Under the pieces are notes generated by a model. It was not told the origin of the DNA, did no database searches, and saw only the letters and a program-made list of their open reading frames with translations. Made by a program: the position numbers and the translations under genes. Shown piece after piece: positions 13,004 to 26,116 of a DNA stretch of 64,000 bases (position 1 is its first letter; each line of letters starts with the position of its first letter). Location of the stretch: NCBI GenBank assembly GCA_964016885.1, contig OZ024747.1, positions 85,064,001 through 85,128,000 of the forward strand. The letters are read 5' to 3'. The stretch is from Eledone cirrhosa (taxonomy: Eukaryota).

Positions 13004-13287
13004 TTAACTGTAATCAATAGAATATTTAACTTTTAACTCCTCTACTATTTTATTCAGCTCGCTATCTTCCAAAGCTTCCAGAAGTTCTGTAACTCTATTT
13101 GGATTATCCTTATTTTTATCCCTCCACAGAACCAAAAGGGTAAAAATTTGCTTGAAAGAGTCGGAGGGATGGTCAAGTTGGATTCGTTCAATATCAGCTT
13201 GTTGTAAGCCCAACTGAAGACCAACTCCAAACCAATCTTTGCCAAGTTTGGCAGCCAAAAACTGCAAACCCAGATTACTCAGTGGAC
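13004..13287 (-). CDS. ROCO protein coding exon 3: death domain
   Basis: Acceptor ttatattttctag|GT keeps the frame. The translation LQFLAAKLGKDWFGVGLQLGLQQADIERIQLDHP...QIFTLLVLWRDK...VTELLEALEDSELNKIVEEL matches the death-domain pattern. TAA ends at 13004, and a donor CTG|gtaagt follows 5 nt later (12999/12998). Confidence 0.88.
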
Positions 13288-13341
13288 CTAGAAAATATAA
13301 TAATAATCTTTATGAATTATCAAAACACTGGGAGAATTTGA

Positions 13342-13568
13342 AATTTGAAAATGTGAATTCCAAACAGCAAAAGTAACTGTAATAACAGTTGATAACCATA
13401 GATAATAGTTCAGAAATTAGACAAATTACTTGGAGGTGAAAGAGACACCTCTGTCCACTTTTTACTGTCTCAAAGGGTAATTTACTAAATTTTCTAAACT
13501 GTTATCTATAGTTGTCACTTGTTATTACAGTTATTTCTTGCATTTAGGACTCTCACATTTTTGAATTA
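13342..13568. repeat. Diverged palindrome next to the death-domain exon acceptor
   Basis: aactgtaataaca...atagataa.agtt / aactgttatctat...tgttattacagtt, with matching outer segments. Confidence 0.8.
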
Positions 13569-14278
13569 TAATAATAATAGTAGTAATACATAAAAGTTTT
13601 TAAAAAATAAAGAATTCTTTTTTTCAATTTCTGTTTTAATTCTCTATTTTTTAAAATTCAGAGCTTAGGCCTGCCAATCAAAAGATGTCACATATCAAGC
13701 AATGCCTGTGCTTGAAGCTTTTTTAAATGAGGAAAGGCTCTGCACAGAGCTAATCCGCTCTCTGAACATGAAATGCATTTACCCAAGAAGTAGAACGGGT
13801 CTATATCATTGGATGCAAACAAAGTCACAGATTTTACATCAGAGTGACTTTCTTCTAGAGAGATGTCTTAATGAAAACTAAACATCTCTCACTCCACTGC
13901 CCCGCTCAAAAAAAAATTTTATTCGATGGTTGTTGGCTCTCCTCACTTCCTCTGCCCTTTGATGGGTTTTGTTTTTCATCCTGTAGGGCATCCAAAATCA
14001 CCCTTTTCACCCAGCTTGGTGTAGTTGCCGATTTAGCTGCCGACGACCCGACCATGCACAGGTCGTACTGGGTTACATGTTACCAATAGCGCTGAAGAGC
14101 AACCTGATATATACTTCGTTTTTACATTTGTTTTGCACGATTTTTTTATGTGAAAATGTGTATTGAAACAGATGTCATACTTTGGGAGGGTCGTGCTGTC
14201 ATATAAACACACACACCAGTTGAATTTCACTTCAATTTATTATTATTAAACAGAACAAAGAGGAACACAAAGTAACAA

Positions 14279-14330
14279 AATTAGTCACTGAAGAGGTCAC
14301 AGAATGTGTAACAAAAGAGCTTTGACAATT
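14279..14330 (+). ncRNA. Degenerate hammerhead motif
   Basis: AATTaGTCA CTGAAGA GGTCAC-agaat-GTGtAAC AAAAGAGCTT TGACAATT. GAAA reads AAAA, consistent with CpG decay. Flanked by a 22-bp inverted repeat (14222-14243 / 14357-14378). Confidence 0.4.
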
Positions 14331-14525
14331 AACAACTAAACAATCAACGGAAAATTATAATAAACTGAAGTGAAATTCCACTGCTGCATGTGTTTTTATA
14401 GGCAGCATGGCCCTACCAGCGTATAACAATATATATATGTAAAAGGTAAACAGAAATAATAACACAATCGGTACAGTATATGGAAGGAATATATTAGGTT
14501 AACGCTTGAAATAACAGGAAGAGGG

Positions 14526-14561
14526 TCTTGACGTTTAGGACACTAGTCCTTCATCAGAAGA
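14526..14561 (-). ncRNA. Hammerhead motif family A, core G12 mutated
   Basis: Minus strand reads TCTT CTGATGA A GGAC-tagt-GTCC TAAA CG TC AAGA. GAAA is changed to TAAA; the triplet is GUC. Confidence 0.65.
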
Positions 14562-14810
14562 AAGAATGAGAAATAAGATAGATTCAAGGGACCGGCAGGT
14601 TGGAATTGGAAAAAATGTCTTTAGATAAAAAATAACAGCTCTATTCATGTTGACCCTCTCATCACTATTTTACATTAATTTTTTCCATGCTTGCATGAGT
14701 TGGATGTCTTCTCCACCAGCCTCTTTTCATTTGTTGCATTCCTTTGCCATCTCCTCTGTAAGGTCCCATGTTTTGAGATCATAACAACAAAAACCCAGCT
14801 ATATATTTAC

Positions 14811-14921
14811 CAGTATTTTCAGGATTTCCATCAACGTCATCCACACCATCCATCAATATATTGCAACTGTGCATGAACTCAACTGTGGTTTGAATATGTT
14901 GGGGTAAGTCCTCCTGGAATT
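14811..14921 (-). CDS. ROCO protein coding exon 2 (111 nt acidic linker EFQEDLPQ...DGVDDVDGNPENT)
   Basis: Polypyrimidine acceptor ttctctcctctag and donor ACTG|gtaaat. Phase 1-1, open and in frame with both flanking exons. Confidence 0.8.
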
Positions 14922-15902
14922 CTAGAGGAGAGAATGGGAATAAGATATACAATAAAGAGAGATAAGTTGTTAACAGTATAACAGGCATTAATACTATACC
15001 TCCAAGCATAATAACATGCCACATTTATTTGTAAGTTTATATATATCTTCATCTGTAACTCTTTAAAATTTACATACACTATACATTCCTTATATCAGTC
15101 ATGTTGCTACAATAAGAAGTTGGCTTTCCAATCACAACATCCTAGGTTCTAACCTTACACTTGTCTCTGTAAATAGATAGGTTACTCATACATTTAATCC
15201 TGTATGTCATTTTTACATACAAATTGAACATTTCTATAATTATATCCTAGAAATTTATTAGTAAAACATTTTTATCTTTAATCACTTCCATGTGCCGGAC
15301 TCCAAAAATTAAGTACATTCAACGATATTGCCGTCATGGTCCACAATAATCTCTTTAAAACAAATAGACCTTAGTGTCATCAATACTAACAACCTCAACA
15401 CCCTTGCTAGCTTTTCATTATGTTTCTGGGTAGAACACTTCACATTACCTAGTTGTTAGGAATAGGTACCATATCAATAACATTAACTGTTTTAACCCTT
15501 TTGATATCAAATTGCCTGAAACTAACCCTGTTTCCTCAGCATCATCATCTTCATTTTACATCTATTTTTCATACTAGCATGGGCTGTTTTTTTAATGTAC
15601 ATATATTGATCTAAAAACGTGCTATCATAATTTTATATAAAAAACCTTTGTAAGTTATGCTCCAAATACCAGCTTAATAATGAGAATGTTAGTTATTTAC
15701 TAAATCTCTTCAAATTCTTGATTTCTTTCAAAATAATTTGAGAATCATGGGCAATGTAAGGGTTAAGGCCATTTTCCTTGCAAGCCCCATGAAAGGTTAT
15801 TATTTGGAGGCAATCTTTTATGACTGAATGCCAACTCTTTTGACACACAGGAATACAGTGCATCCATTTTAAATCGAATCTAAACAGTAAAAATATGTAT
15901 AT

Positions 15903-16210
15903 GTAGTGTACCCTAGACATTCGCAGTCCCGGTTATATGCAAAATTTTCCATAGAAACTAACTAATAATTGTTTGTGGTAACCACCGCATCTTCTGCCAT
16001 TTTTTTATGGGTTTTTTCATGGCAATATATATTCTTTCCCGCTTTTTAACGCTAAATTATTAATAACAATATACCATATTTGCCAATATTTTACGTTATG
16101 TTTTGACGTTTATAGGCATTTTTATGAACCACGTCCAATACTCGTGGTTTTTCACTCTTCACAGGGGCTCTAGGAACGTAACCCCCGTGAATACCAGGGG
16201 ACAACAGTGT
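15903..16210. mobile_element. Tigger/pogo-like MITE
   Basis: Degenerate TIRs gtagtgtaccctagacattcgc / gtgaataccaggggacaac next to TA. Confidence 0.5.
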
Positions 16211-16344
16211 ATATATATATGATGAAGCATGTAGGTAATCTAATGGGAGGTGAAAGATAATAAGTTCAACAATTTATGTGAAGGATACGGTCAGGTTTAG
16301 TGTCTCACAGGAGACACAAACACTAAAATGTGGAGTAAAGGTAG

Positions 16345-16990
16345 AGTAAAATCTGTGCCCTCTCAAGGGAGCCTGCTCAGTACTCTACATGTAAATGGAG
16401 TTCCTCTGAAGCAGGTGAAGAAGTTCAAGTATCTTGGGGCTGTGTTCACAAGTGATGGAAGGCAGAAGGCTGAATTAAGTGCAAGAATTACAGGAGCTGG
16501 TACAGTAATGCATCAGCTTCAGCATTTGGTAATCAGAAGGGAGGTGGGTGTAAAAGCCAAACTCGACAAATTCAGTATTTATGCCAACCCTTACCTATGG
16601 TCATGAATTTTGGGTAATGACTGAAAGAACATGATCGTGAATAAAAGCAGACTTTGGAGTAACGTTACTCGATAGAGTGCATCGCTTGAAGATCAGAGAG
16701 TCACTCAGGTAGAGCCGTACTTCTCCAAATTGAGAGATCACAACTCCGATATGATGGGCATGTAGTTAGAATGTCTCAGGAAAGAATTGTTGGACAGATT
16801 TTACAGGCAGGAGATCCATATGTAGGCCTCGAGCAAGATTGTTGGATAACATACATGAACTTGGCTGGGGATCCAGCCAGATCAGTTGGAGTTGGTTGCT
16901 TCTGACAGGACCCACTGGAAGGAGTGTTTGAGGACTCTGACCCCAGGACCCCCTCAGGAATAAGTGGGCAAAGAAGAGAAGAACAATAAA
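16345..16990 (+). mobile_element. RTE-clade LINE 3' remnant (second family)
   Basis: VNGVPLKQVKKFKYLGAVFTSDG..., a decayed LRWxGHV motif and a GAA-rich tail. Confidence 0.8.
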
Positions 16991-17328
16991 ATACTATACT
17001 ATTTCACTTCAAAGTCACGTGGTTTAAAGTTCAATTCCAATGTGTGGCACCTCAGGCAATGCCTTGTGAATGAAATTCGGTAGAAGGAGACTCTGTGGAA
17101 GTCTATCGTGTGTGTGCGTCCATGTCTGTCATTTATTGTTTATTTCTTATCTGTAACTTAGTGGTTTGGCATAAAGAGAGCATGAAAATAAATAAGTACT
17201 TGAAAAAAATAATCAACTCAATCCCTTCAAGGCAGTGCCCCAGTATGGCTGCAGTATAAAGAGTGAAACAAGTAAAAGAAAAAATTAAAAAAAAGAAGAA
17301 AGAAATATTAATGATGAATGTATCTTAC

Positions 17329-20300
17329 CTGGATCAAGATAGTAGACAAAACAAGCAGGGATGAGGGTATCTTCATCCTTAGGGCACCGCAATTGGTAGA
17401 ATCCCTTTGGACAGCGATGGTTTAAAACTTTCCCTGAGAACTGGTAAGGTTCCTCATAACCTGTCATGATGCAGTGTGAACAAAGAAGTTTTATGTCAAC
17501 AAGTGCAAATGGCCACTCATGTAAAAGACTGATCATGTCTTCCCAAGGCTCATGAATGAGTCTCCAAAGTTCTTGAATGTCACTGCCTCGTACAGACAGA
17601 GTAACTAGCATCATATTTTGTCCATTCAATTCCTTCTTGTCTTTCTGCAGCAAACATTTAGTTAAGTTGTATGTAGCATAGATGCCGTTACGCCAGCCAT
17701 CGCAGTAGATTACATAGTTTTGGAAACGTACAGAGATTTTCTCAAAGAAATTTGGTGGACCCTTCTTTGGAAATTGAAATTGAATTGAGAGCTGTACAGT
17801 GTCTTTAGGGACTCGAGAGGGCCACTTTGAAGCAAGATTTGAGGGTGAGACATCGGGCAAGAACCAAGGAAATAAGAGTAATCGAGAATAATCCAACAAT
17901 AAGACATTGATTTTATTAATGGGTATCTCATAACAGAGATCAAATTTTAACATCAGCGAGGTAAATGTATCAAGAGCACTCAAGTCAAGCTGGAAGTGGC
18001 ACAGAGTGTAACGAAGTAGCTCAATTGACATCATTCCTTCATGAAGGAAAAGTTTCTTGGCATTTTTAAACTGCTCCTCAGTCATGTTTACTTTCAAGCC
18101 TAAATGCCGATGATACACCATGATATCCTCAAAATCATGCCGGAATATAGAGCGCAGCATATCAATCAATGTCTCTGGCCGATGGAATACAAGTTGGTCG
18201 AGTTTAGGATTGTCATAGTACCAAATAATTTCCCCTGTTGCATGAAAATATTTTAAAATAACAGCCAAACTTTTCTCAGGAGACCCTTCCATGCTAATCA
18301 TTGACTGGCCTAAGTTTTTCATGAGATCAGTAAAAATATTTAATGTATCTTTCCACTGAAGTATTTTCTCTTCTCTTTGCTGTAGTTCAGTTAGGAAACT
18401 ATACCAAGATTTTGGAAGAGGCCGCGGTTCCGATTCCTTCAAGGTAGTAATGACTTTATTAACAAATTCACTGATGCCAACAAAATCATCAGCACAGCTG
18501 ACTGTTGAAATATCATCAGGTAATTTCACACGAGTTGTTATCATACGTTGCAAGTGACTAACTTTCTCTGATTCACGTTCAATATCAATATCTGAAAAGC
18601 CACTCTTTGCAGTTTCTTGTCTCTGTGTATTATCAAGCTTTTCCTTTTCTTTCAGTTGATTGATTTCTATGGAAAGGTTTTCAATTTTTATGCTCTCTTC
18701 AAAATGCATCCTCTCCAGGATGTAGGCTTTCTTCTCTGCTATGTCATTTTCATTACAAAGATCAGCATGAGTTCCAACTAACTGAATAGATGCTCCTGGT
18801 GCTCTGTCTAGGATTCCTTCCAGCCAGTCTCCAATTCTGAAGTCATATGATTCAGGATCACAAGAAAACACACTCAAATCAAAAACAAGTATGTGCAAAG
18901 CTTCTGAGGTAAGAAACATATGATGAGCTGCAGAATAAATATGATGCCCACCAAAATCAAGAATCTGTACCCGTAAGCTTTCTTCAGGTTCCCATAGATG
19001 TCGCTCCAAAACCCACGTGCGTTCATCATCGGCAGTCAACCGTGATCGACCCAAGAGCAATGCATTTCGTAAGCTGGTTTTTCCAGCCTTCACAGCACCA
19101 GTAAGAATCATCTTCTTCCGATGGTTCGCCTCGCTAACTCGTATTTCTTTCAAGAATTTAAACAATGCTGATACACCCTGATCACATATTTCCTGTCGCG
19201 GTTTTATCAAATAATTGCCTTGCAAAGCAAGGCCATTTGTTTTCTCAAGGCCAGTAAGTTGGTCTAAAAGGAGAGGCAAGCGCTTGAGTCTGTTTTCTGT
19301 CAGGTTCAAAAAGTCCAAGTTGTCAAGTCGGTGGAACGTGTCCGGAATTTCTTCAAGCAAGTTGTGAGATAAACTAAGTGACTGGAGTGACTGGCAGCTA
19401 GATATTTCATTAGGTAAAGATTTTAGTTTATTATTACACATACTCAATTTCCGCAAAACGTGAAGCCTTCTAATACTACTAGGAATAGTTTCAAGATAGT
19501 TATCTGACAGTTCAATTTCCTCCAACTGCTGAAGATTAAAGAATTCTTCAGGCAATTGGAGTAAAGCATTTTTCTGCATGAGAAATACTTTCAAATTTTC
19601 TAATCCACTAATTTCAGGAGGTATTGTAGTAAAATAATTACCACTTATATTCAGTTTAACTAAACTCTTGAGATTAAGCAAAGCTAAAGGTATTGAAGGA
19701 ATAAACCGCATTGCAGCAGTAAGATGAAGCTCTTGTAAATTAGTACATTCAGCAATTTTTCTAGAAATGTATTTTAAGTGATTCCCACGCAGGCTGAGAG
19801 TTTTCAGTTTTTTTAGATTTCCTATTTCATCAGGAAGTGTGTCAATTTGGTGCCAGCTACACTCGAGGGTGTGTAGTTCTGGCAAATTGCACACCGAAGT
19901 TGGTAACATTCGCAATCCACCTCTCGGACTCCACTTTCCAGACAGATTAAGAATCTGCAACTTCTTGCACTGACTCATTTGTTCCGGAACTTCGGACAAC
20001 AGATTTCCACCGATATTCAGATGGCGCAGATTCTTAAGCTCTCCGATTTCCGGCGGTAGCCTTTCAATGCTGTTTTCACACAAGTTTAGCTCAACCAAGG
20101 TGGTTAGTTTGAAAATAGATTGTGATAGGTCCGATAGGTTGTTATAACTAAGGTTTAATTTTTGTAATTCAGATATTTGAGTAAAACAGTGAGGAACAGT
20201 TTGGAGGTAGTTGCCAACAGCATGGAAAACTTTTAAGCTAGTTAGTGAACCTAGACTACTGCCGCGTACAGGGAAGGTGTACAATCGCATAAATGGGAGA

Positions 20301-20446
20301 TAAAGTTCATCCAGCTCCAAAGAGTACAAAGACTTGGGTAGCCAACCCTTGTATTTGCCATCTGGAACAGCAAGTATAGTTCGACCATTACTCCTAGTCT
20401 CTAGGTAGGATAAAAGTTGCTCTGATACTTGGCTGTGGGATGACAT
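17329..20446 (-). CDS. ROCO protein (LRR-Roc-COR, MFHAS1-like), coding exon 1 (1039 codons + 1 nt)
   Basis: 1053-aa ORF with many LxxLxLxxNxL repeats, then Roc GTPase motifs (G1 GAVKAGKTS, G3 DFGG, G4 VGTHAD, G5 VSC), a COR region and a C-terminal CSHC...CPK cysteine cluster. Acceptor ttctatttcacag lies 10 nt before the ATG (exon starts at 20456). Donor CCAG|gtaaga at 17329/17328, phase 1. Confidence 0.93.
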
Positions 20447-23400
20447 CTTTGGTATTCTGTGAAATAGAAAAAATAATCATTAGATGTAGAAAAATGAATC
20501 ATGGTACTTTTTTTTATCAACCTCAAAAGGATGGAAGGCAAAGTTGACCTCAGAGAGTGCAGGCAAGCAGAACAAAAACTGCAAAGCATTCTATCTGACA
20601 TTCTAACAACTCTGCTGATTCATCACCCTTGTTTTATGATACAAAATTGTTTCTTTTAAAATGTTTATATTTATCTAAAAATAACTAGCTTAATGGTGAG
20701 AAAGTCAGTTATGCTACTAAATCCCTTTAAATTCTTGATTATTTTCAAAATGATTTGAAAATCATATAAATATGATAACGAAAGGGTTAAAGTATTACTT
20801 AGTATCCTTCAATGCATATGAAGGATGGAAGCTGTGTGAAGAAGGGTCATGTAATGTGCAAAGGCTGAACAGATGTGGGGAACATGTACCACTGGATATG
20901 TAATGTTAGTGTGAAGGAACAAAACCCACAAATGAATTGAGAGAAAAATTAGGTATAAGAGGAATCAGCTAGTGTGCAAGAAAGAAGACTGTGCTGACAT
21001 ATACATGAGATTACATATGTATATAGCATGATAGCAGTGGCATACAGAGAGGGGGACAGAGGGTGAGATGGCCCTAGGCATCCATATCAGGGTAGCAGGG
21101 GAGGGCATCTAACCAAAGTATCACGCCAGGTTCTCCATTCAATACAGCTACTGAGCACAGTGCCCACTTAAATTTCTCAAGCACTTACCCAAAATCTGCA
21201 CCTAGATCAAAAAGGCCCTACACTTGAGTTTTAAGGACATACAAAGAAGGAGTTGGCTCCAGGCATCACCAAATCTCTGTATGCCAAGCATGATATTTAA
21301 GTGAAGAAAGACTAACTGGTCTAAGTAAAAGGAGCTAGCAGAAGACAAAAGTGTGAAAAAATGTGGTGAAGGATCATCTCAGAATGCTGAACTTATTCAT
21401 TTAGTGTTTGGAGAAAAATTAAAAACTTATTGCATAAAATTATGATGGAAAGCTTTTGGGTTTTTGGGGGGTTTTTTTTTGTAGATAAATATAAGTACAT
21501 TAAAATAAGCAATCTCTGAACACAAAACCAGGAGTGGTCTTAATTCAAAAGTAAATAGTTTAAAATGAATAGTTTTGTATCACAGAAACCAGAGGTTTAA
21601 CTCTTTCATTACCATATTTCTAATGAAATATACTTCATGTGTTACAATTAACTTTGAAAATAACTAGAATTTGGAGGAACTTAATAAACTAAGTTTTTCA
21701 TTAGTAAGCTGATATTTAGAACATTACAAGACCAAAATGTCTAAAATAAAATTATGATGGAAAGATTAACATTTTAAAATAAGAAGTTTTGTATCATAAA
21801 TCCAAGGTACTTTCAGGTGATTTAGTATCAAAAAGGGTTATGGGGAAAAGAAGTAGAAGTAAAAGAAAGAAGCTACTCATACTTCAAGTTCAGGAACATT
21901 GATATGATAACCATTCATGTTCTTAGTTGTTCAAGATTTAATGGAGGAATTGTTAGAAGAAAAAGAAAATAAAGTTGAGAAACAGGCTGAAGAGGGAGCC
22001 TCTGTGCAGTCACTTGACCTGCTAATAAAAACAGCCAATAGTAGTGTGTGGACATATCAGACATTATAATCATAAGTATTAAAAAATATGATGGGGACAC
22101 CTTTGATCATAGGTTTGCTCAATCTAGACTGTCTTGGGGCTAAACAACAACATTGAATGTGTTCTTAACAACACAAATGTTTTAATAATGGAAAAGCCCC
22201 AGTCCTACCATGAAAATCTTCATCATGGACTGGATACCAGTCCATTGTTGGGGTTAATCCCCTAGCTACTACTGCATGGAGTGGAGCAACAGGAAATGAA
22301 CTTTCTCAGTGATACAAAGCGATGTCTGGTCCAGGAATGGAACTCATGACCTTATGATCATGAATCAACTTTACAAACCAGAGCCCTTGTAATATAACTT
22401 TCAATAAATAACATTTCATGAGACAATGTAAGGTTGAGTGAACCCTTTAGTCTTGCAAACAACATTACAATTTCTCTAATGCTAGTGCACAATAAAATGC
22501 ACCCAATACTTTCTCTAAAGTGGTTAGTGTTAGAAAGGGCATCCAGCTATAGAAACAATGCCATAAAGGAAAGTGTAGGCAAGACATGGATAGCAGAATC
22601 TTGAAATAGGAACTAACACAGACCATAATGTCCCATTGAATTCTTTAGCATTTATACCGGCCAGAATTCTCTCACTTCTTTCTGTTCAAACTGGCTGTAA
22701 CCGCTCATACTGATGTTAAATTATTGTTCTCAAAATAAATAACATCAAAATCTCATAGATTCAACATTATGTGAGATAAAGCCTTTACCATGAAAATATA
22801 ATAGTAAATATAGAGTAATGTAAATGCTAAAAGGTTAAACTATGCAAGCATGGGAACTGAACATATGATGATGACAGCTTGAACTTTGAAAAAAAAAAAT
22901 ATATAAAATGCTTACTAGTCGAAACCTTCAGCAGGGGTTTGATTACCAAAATCTTTCCACTATATTACATATAATTAAACATGTATTGGAACCATCTCTG
23001 TATAAGCTGCCTACAAGAGAAAAATGAATAAAGAAATTACTGCTAGTTACATAATATATGAAAACCATAAATAATTAAATCATAACATAGTTTCAATAAC
23101 CCTTCATAGCAACATTTATCATCAATAACAAGTGTAATGTTTAGTCTTGTTGAGGGTGGAGGTCCATGACAGGCTTCTCTATTTTGCCCTATTGTCTACT
23201 TTTCTTTCACCAACCTTCTGACTTGTCAGTTCCTCCATTATCTTTAGCCATGTCTTGTTTTTCTTTCTTCCCACATTAACTTTCATTAACTCTCACCCAG
23301 TCAATTTTATCCTTACTCAACTATCTCCATTTCTCTTCATAGCAGTTATCACTGGCTCTATTCCCATCATTCTCTGCAATTCACAGTTTGTCTTCCTATC

Positions 23401-25719
23401 TCTTTCTCTTTCAGCAATATTCCACTCATACACTGAACCATTCTCATCCATGTTCTTTCCAGCCTTCTCAAAGCAACAACATATGGCCAAAATAATAAAA
23501 ATATTTCATTAGTTTATAAACAGTATATCAGCTTCATCCTGTACTGTAGCATATCCATACCGAACTGAACTGTAACTTTAAAAAACAACAAAATGTTCCA
23601 AACAAAACATATCAGGTTATATTCATACTCACAACGATGATAGGGTTAGGGCTCCTAACATCAAAACACCCAAGAAACTGCCTATGAGATGCAATCTCAT
23701 AGGAGAATAGGAAAGCCTATGCAGATGTAAGCTGCTGCTGAGACAACACCACACACATACACGACTACTGAGCAAAAAGATTTAGGAATCTCAACCAGCT
23801 AGAATTAACAATTAAATTGCCTTCAAATCACACCAGAGACATAGCAAGGAGGTGCAAGGGGAGGCAGTCAAAACACCACCCCATGTGCAAAATTTCCTCT
23901 AGCTTATCATGTCTGTTACTTAAAGTGGGAGCACTAAATGTATCTTTGCCCTCAGCCATTGCTATGTCACTAAATCACACTCTAGTCTTTAAAAAAGAAT
24001 ACATTACATAATGTAGTCTTAATTACATTGATTGCTTGCTGCTTGAATTCTTTCAACCAAATAACTGCTCAATCGTGGCAGATTGGGAACTCTAAGTAAC
24101 AACAACAACAGCAGCAACAAAGAAAATTAGAAAACTTAAATTTAAAATCTGCCACGACATAAATTAAATAAAATTTACAGCTCACACCTATGTAATTTTA
24201 GTTGGCCTCATACAAGGTTACATCTCATAAGAGGTTTGAGGGATCCCAGTCATATCATGGAAAGCACCATGACATGAAGCATCTTGTTCAAGAACACAAT
24301 GCACTGCTGGTCCAAGAATCAAACCCATGACCTTCTGTTCATGTGTCAAACACCCTTACTAGTGGACCATGCACTCAACAAGAATTTATTGCCACATCTA
24401 TTGCAATGTGCAACCACCAACATGCTTGCATGGGTTAGACAAGTTTCTTTTCTTTACCAGCTTAGTTTCTTGAGGTCAACTTTCATCACCTCTGCCCACA
24501 TCTTTCATAGTTTTCCTATTCAGTATTTTTTTACACTTGGAACTCCTGTCGTTTCTTTACCTAAAGATCATCATCCATACCAGTGTTGTTTCCTTTAAGC
24601 AGTTAGATATTTAGCTCCCAACTCACAACAAATGATCAATCAGTTATTGGTTTTGATCAAAATAATCTGACTGACAAGTTACTCAATAAAAATCATAACA
24701 GAAAAATTACTGTATCCTTGGCATATGAAATAAAATGAAATTTACAGCAGACTTAATTGGTCTTGTATCTGATAGGTTTCTTGGATGTTTTAATGAGTCC
24801 CTAGTCCTATCATGAAAACCAATGTGAAATGAAGTGTCCTGCTTAAGAACACTGCACAACCCAGTCCAGGAATCAAAGCTCAAATCTTCGGATCATGAGT
24901 CCTACACCCTAACCACTAGGCCTTCTAACATAGCATATTACCTACTATGTAATTTTCACCTGCAGAATGAATCTAAACTATCATTTTTAACATTTAATTG
25001 ACAATGTAATAGCAGAAAGGTCAAAAAGCACTTGACAATAACAGTCATTTGGCATGGCTCATAAAACAAAATATGCCTATGTAAACATGTACTTTATAAG
25101 TTGTATGTGTATGCGTGGCTTTAGAAAATTATCTGTTTGCATTAATAAGTGTATGTGTGTATGTATATGAATGTAGACAAATAGGTGCATATATAGATTA
25201 GTGTGTGTATGAAGATAATTACTTGATTATGTGTTGGCAATTGTGCATTAACACTGTCGAGAAACATAGATAAAAGAAATAAAGACAGGTTAGTGTGTGT
25301 ATGTGTGAACATGATTAAATTACTGCTTGCTATGTTATTTGCTCAATGATTTTATTCACCACTGTAAAGACTGTGTGTGTTTATGTGTCTGTGAGAGTCT
25401 GTTTCTGTGCATATTCATATCAACACTGTTTAAAACAATTGATGATGTTTCTTTATGTTCTGCATGAAACCAGTTCAACAAAGATGGGCAATATATATCA
25501 TCATTGTCATCATCACCACTGAACATCTATTTTCCAAGCTTGCATGGGTTAAACAGGCCATTACATACTGAGGCTAGACCAGTCTGTAGACTACATCTAG
25601 TTCATATGTTCCTTTTTGGGCTTGGTTTCTATGGCTGGGTGCCCTTTCTAACATAAACCACTTTACAGTGTGTAGAGGGAGTATTTTATCAGGACTCCAG
25701 CATCAACAGGGTGGACTGA

Positions 25720-25870
25720 GTGCTTTTTGTTGTGATACCAACAGCACTGCTTTACATTGTGGATTGGGTGCTTTTTGTTGTGATACCAACAGCACTGCTT
25801 TACATTGTGGATTGGGTGCTTTTTGTTGTGATACCAACAGCACTGCTTTACATTGTGGATTGGGTGCTTT
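25720..25870 (-). repeat. 48-bp tandem repeat (3 copies), same module in reverse orientation
   Basis: gtgctttttgttgtgataccaacagcactgctttacattgtggattgg x3. Confidence 0.9.
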
Positions 25871-26116
25871 TCATCATAGCACCAGTATTACCATCTTACA
25901 TTTGAAATATATAAATGCACGGGGTGATATTTGGACTGGTTGTAGAAAAGCAGTCCAACCTTCACCATAGCTATATAGAGAAGAAAGAAGGTGATGGCTA
26001 CATATAAAAGAGAGAGAAGGGATGCAAGTATGATAACAAGTAGGAAGAGATTCTTAAAGCATTACAGAAGAAAAAATGGGACATAGCCAGACAAACATTT
26101 AGAAATATATAATATA

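Noticed and set aside
17285-17328. Last 14 codons of the 1053-aa ORF as the true C-terminus
   Set aside because: They follow a consensus donor and are low-complexity intron sequence; splicing continues in frame to two further exons.
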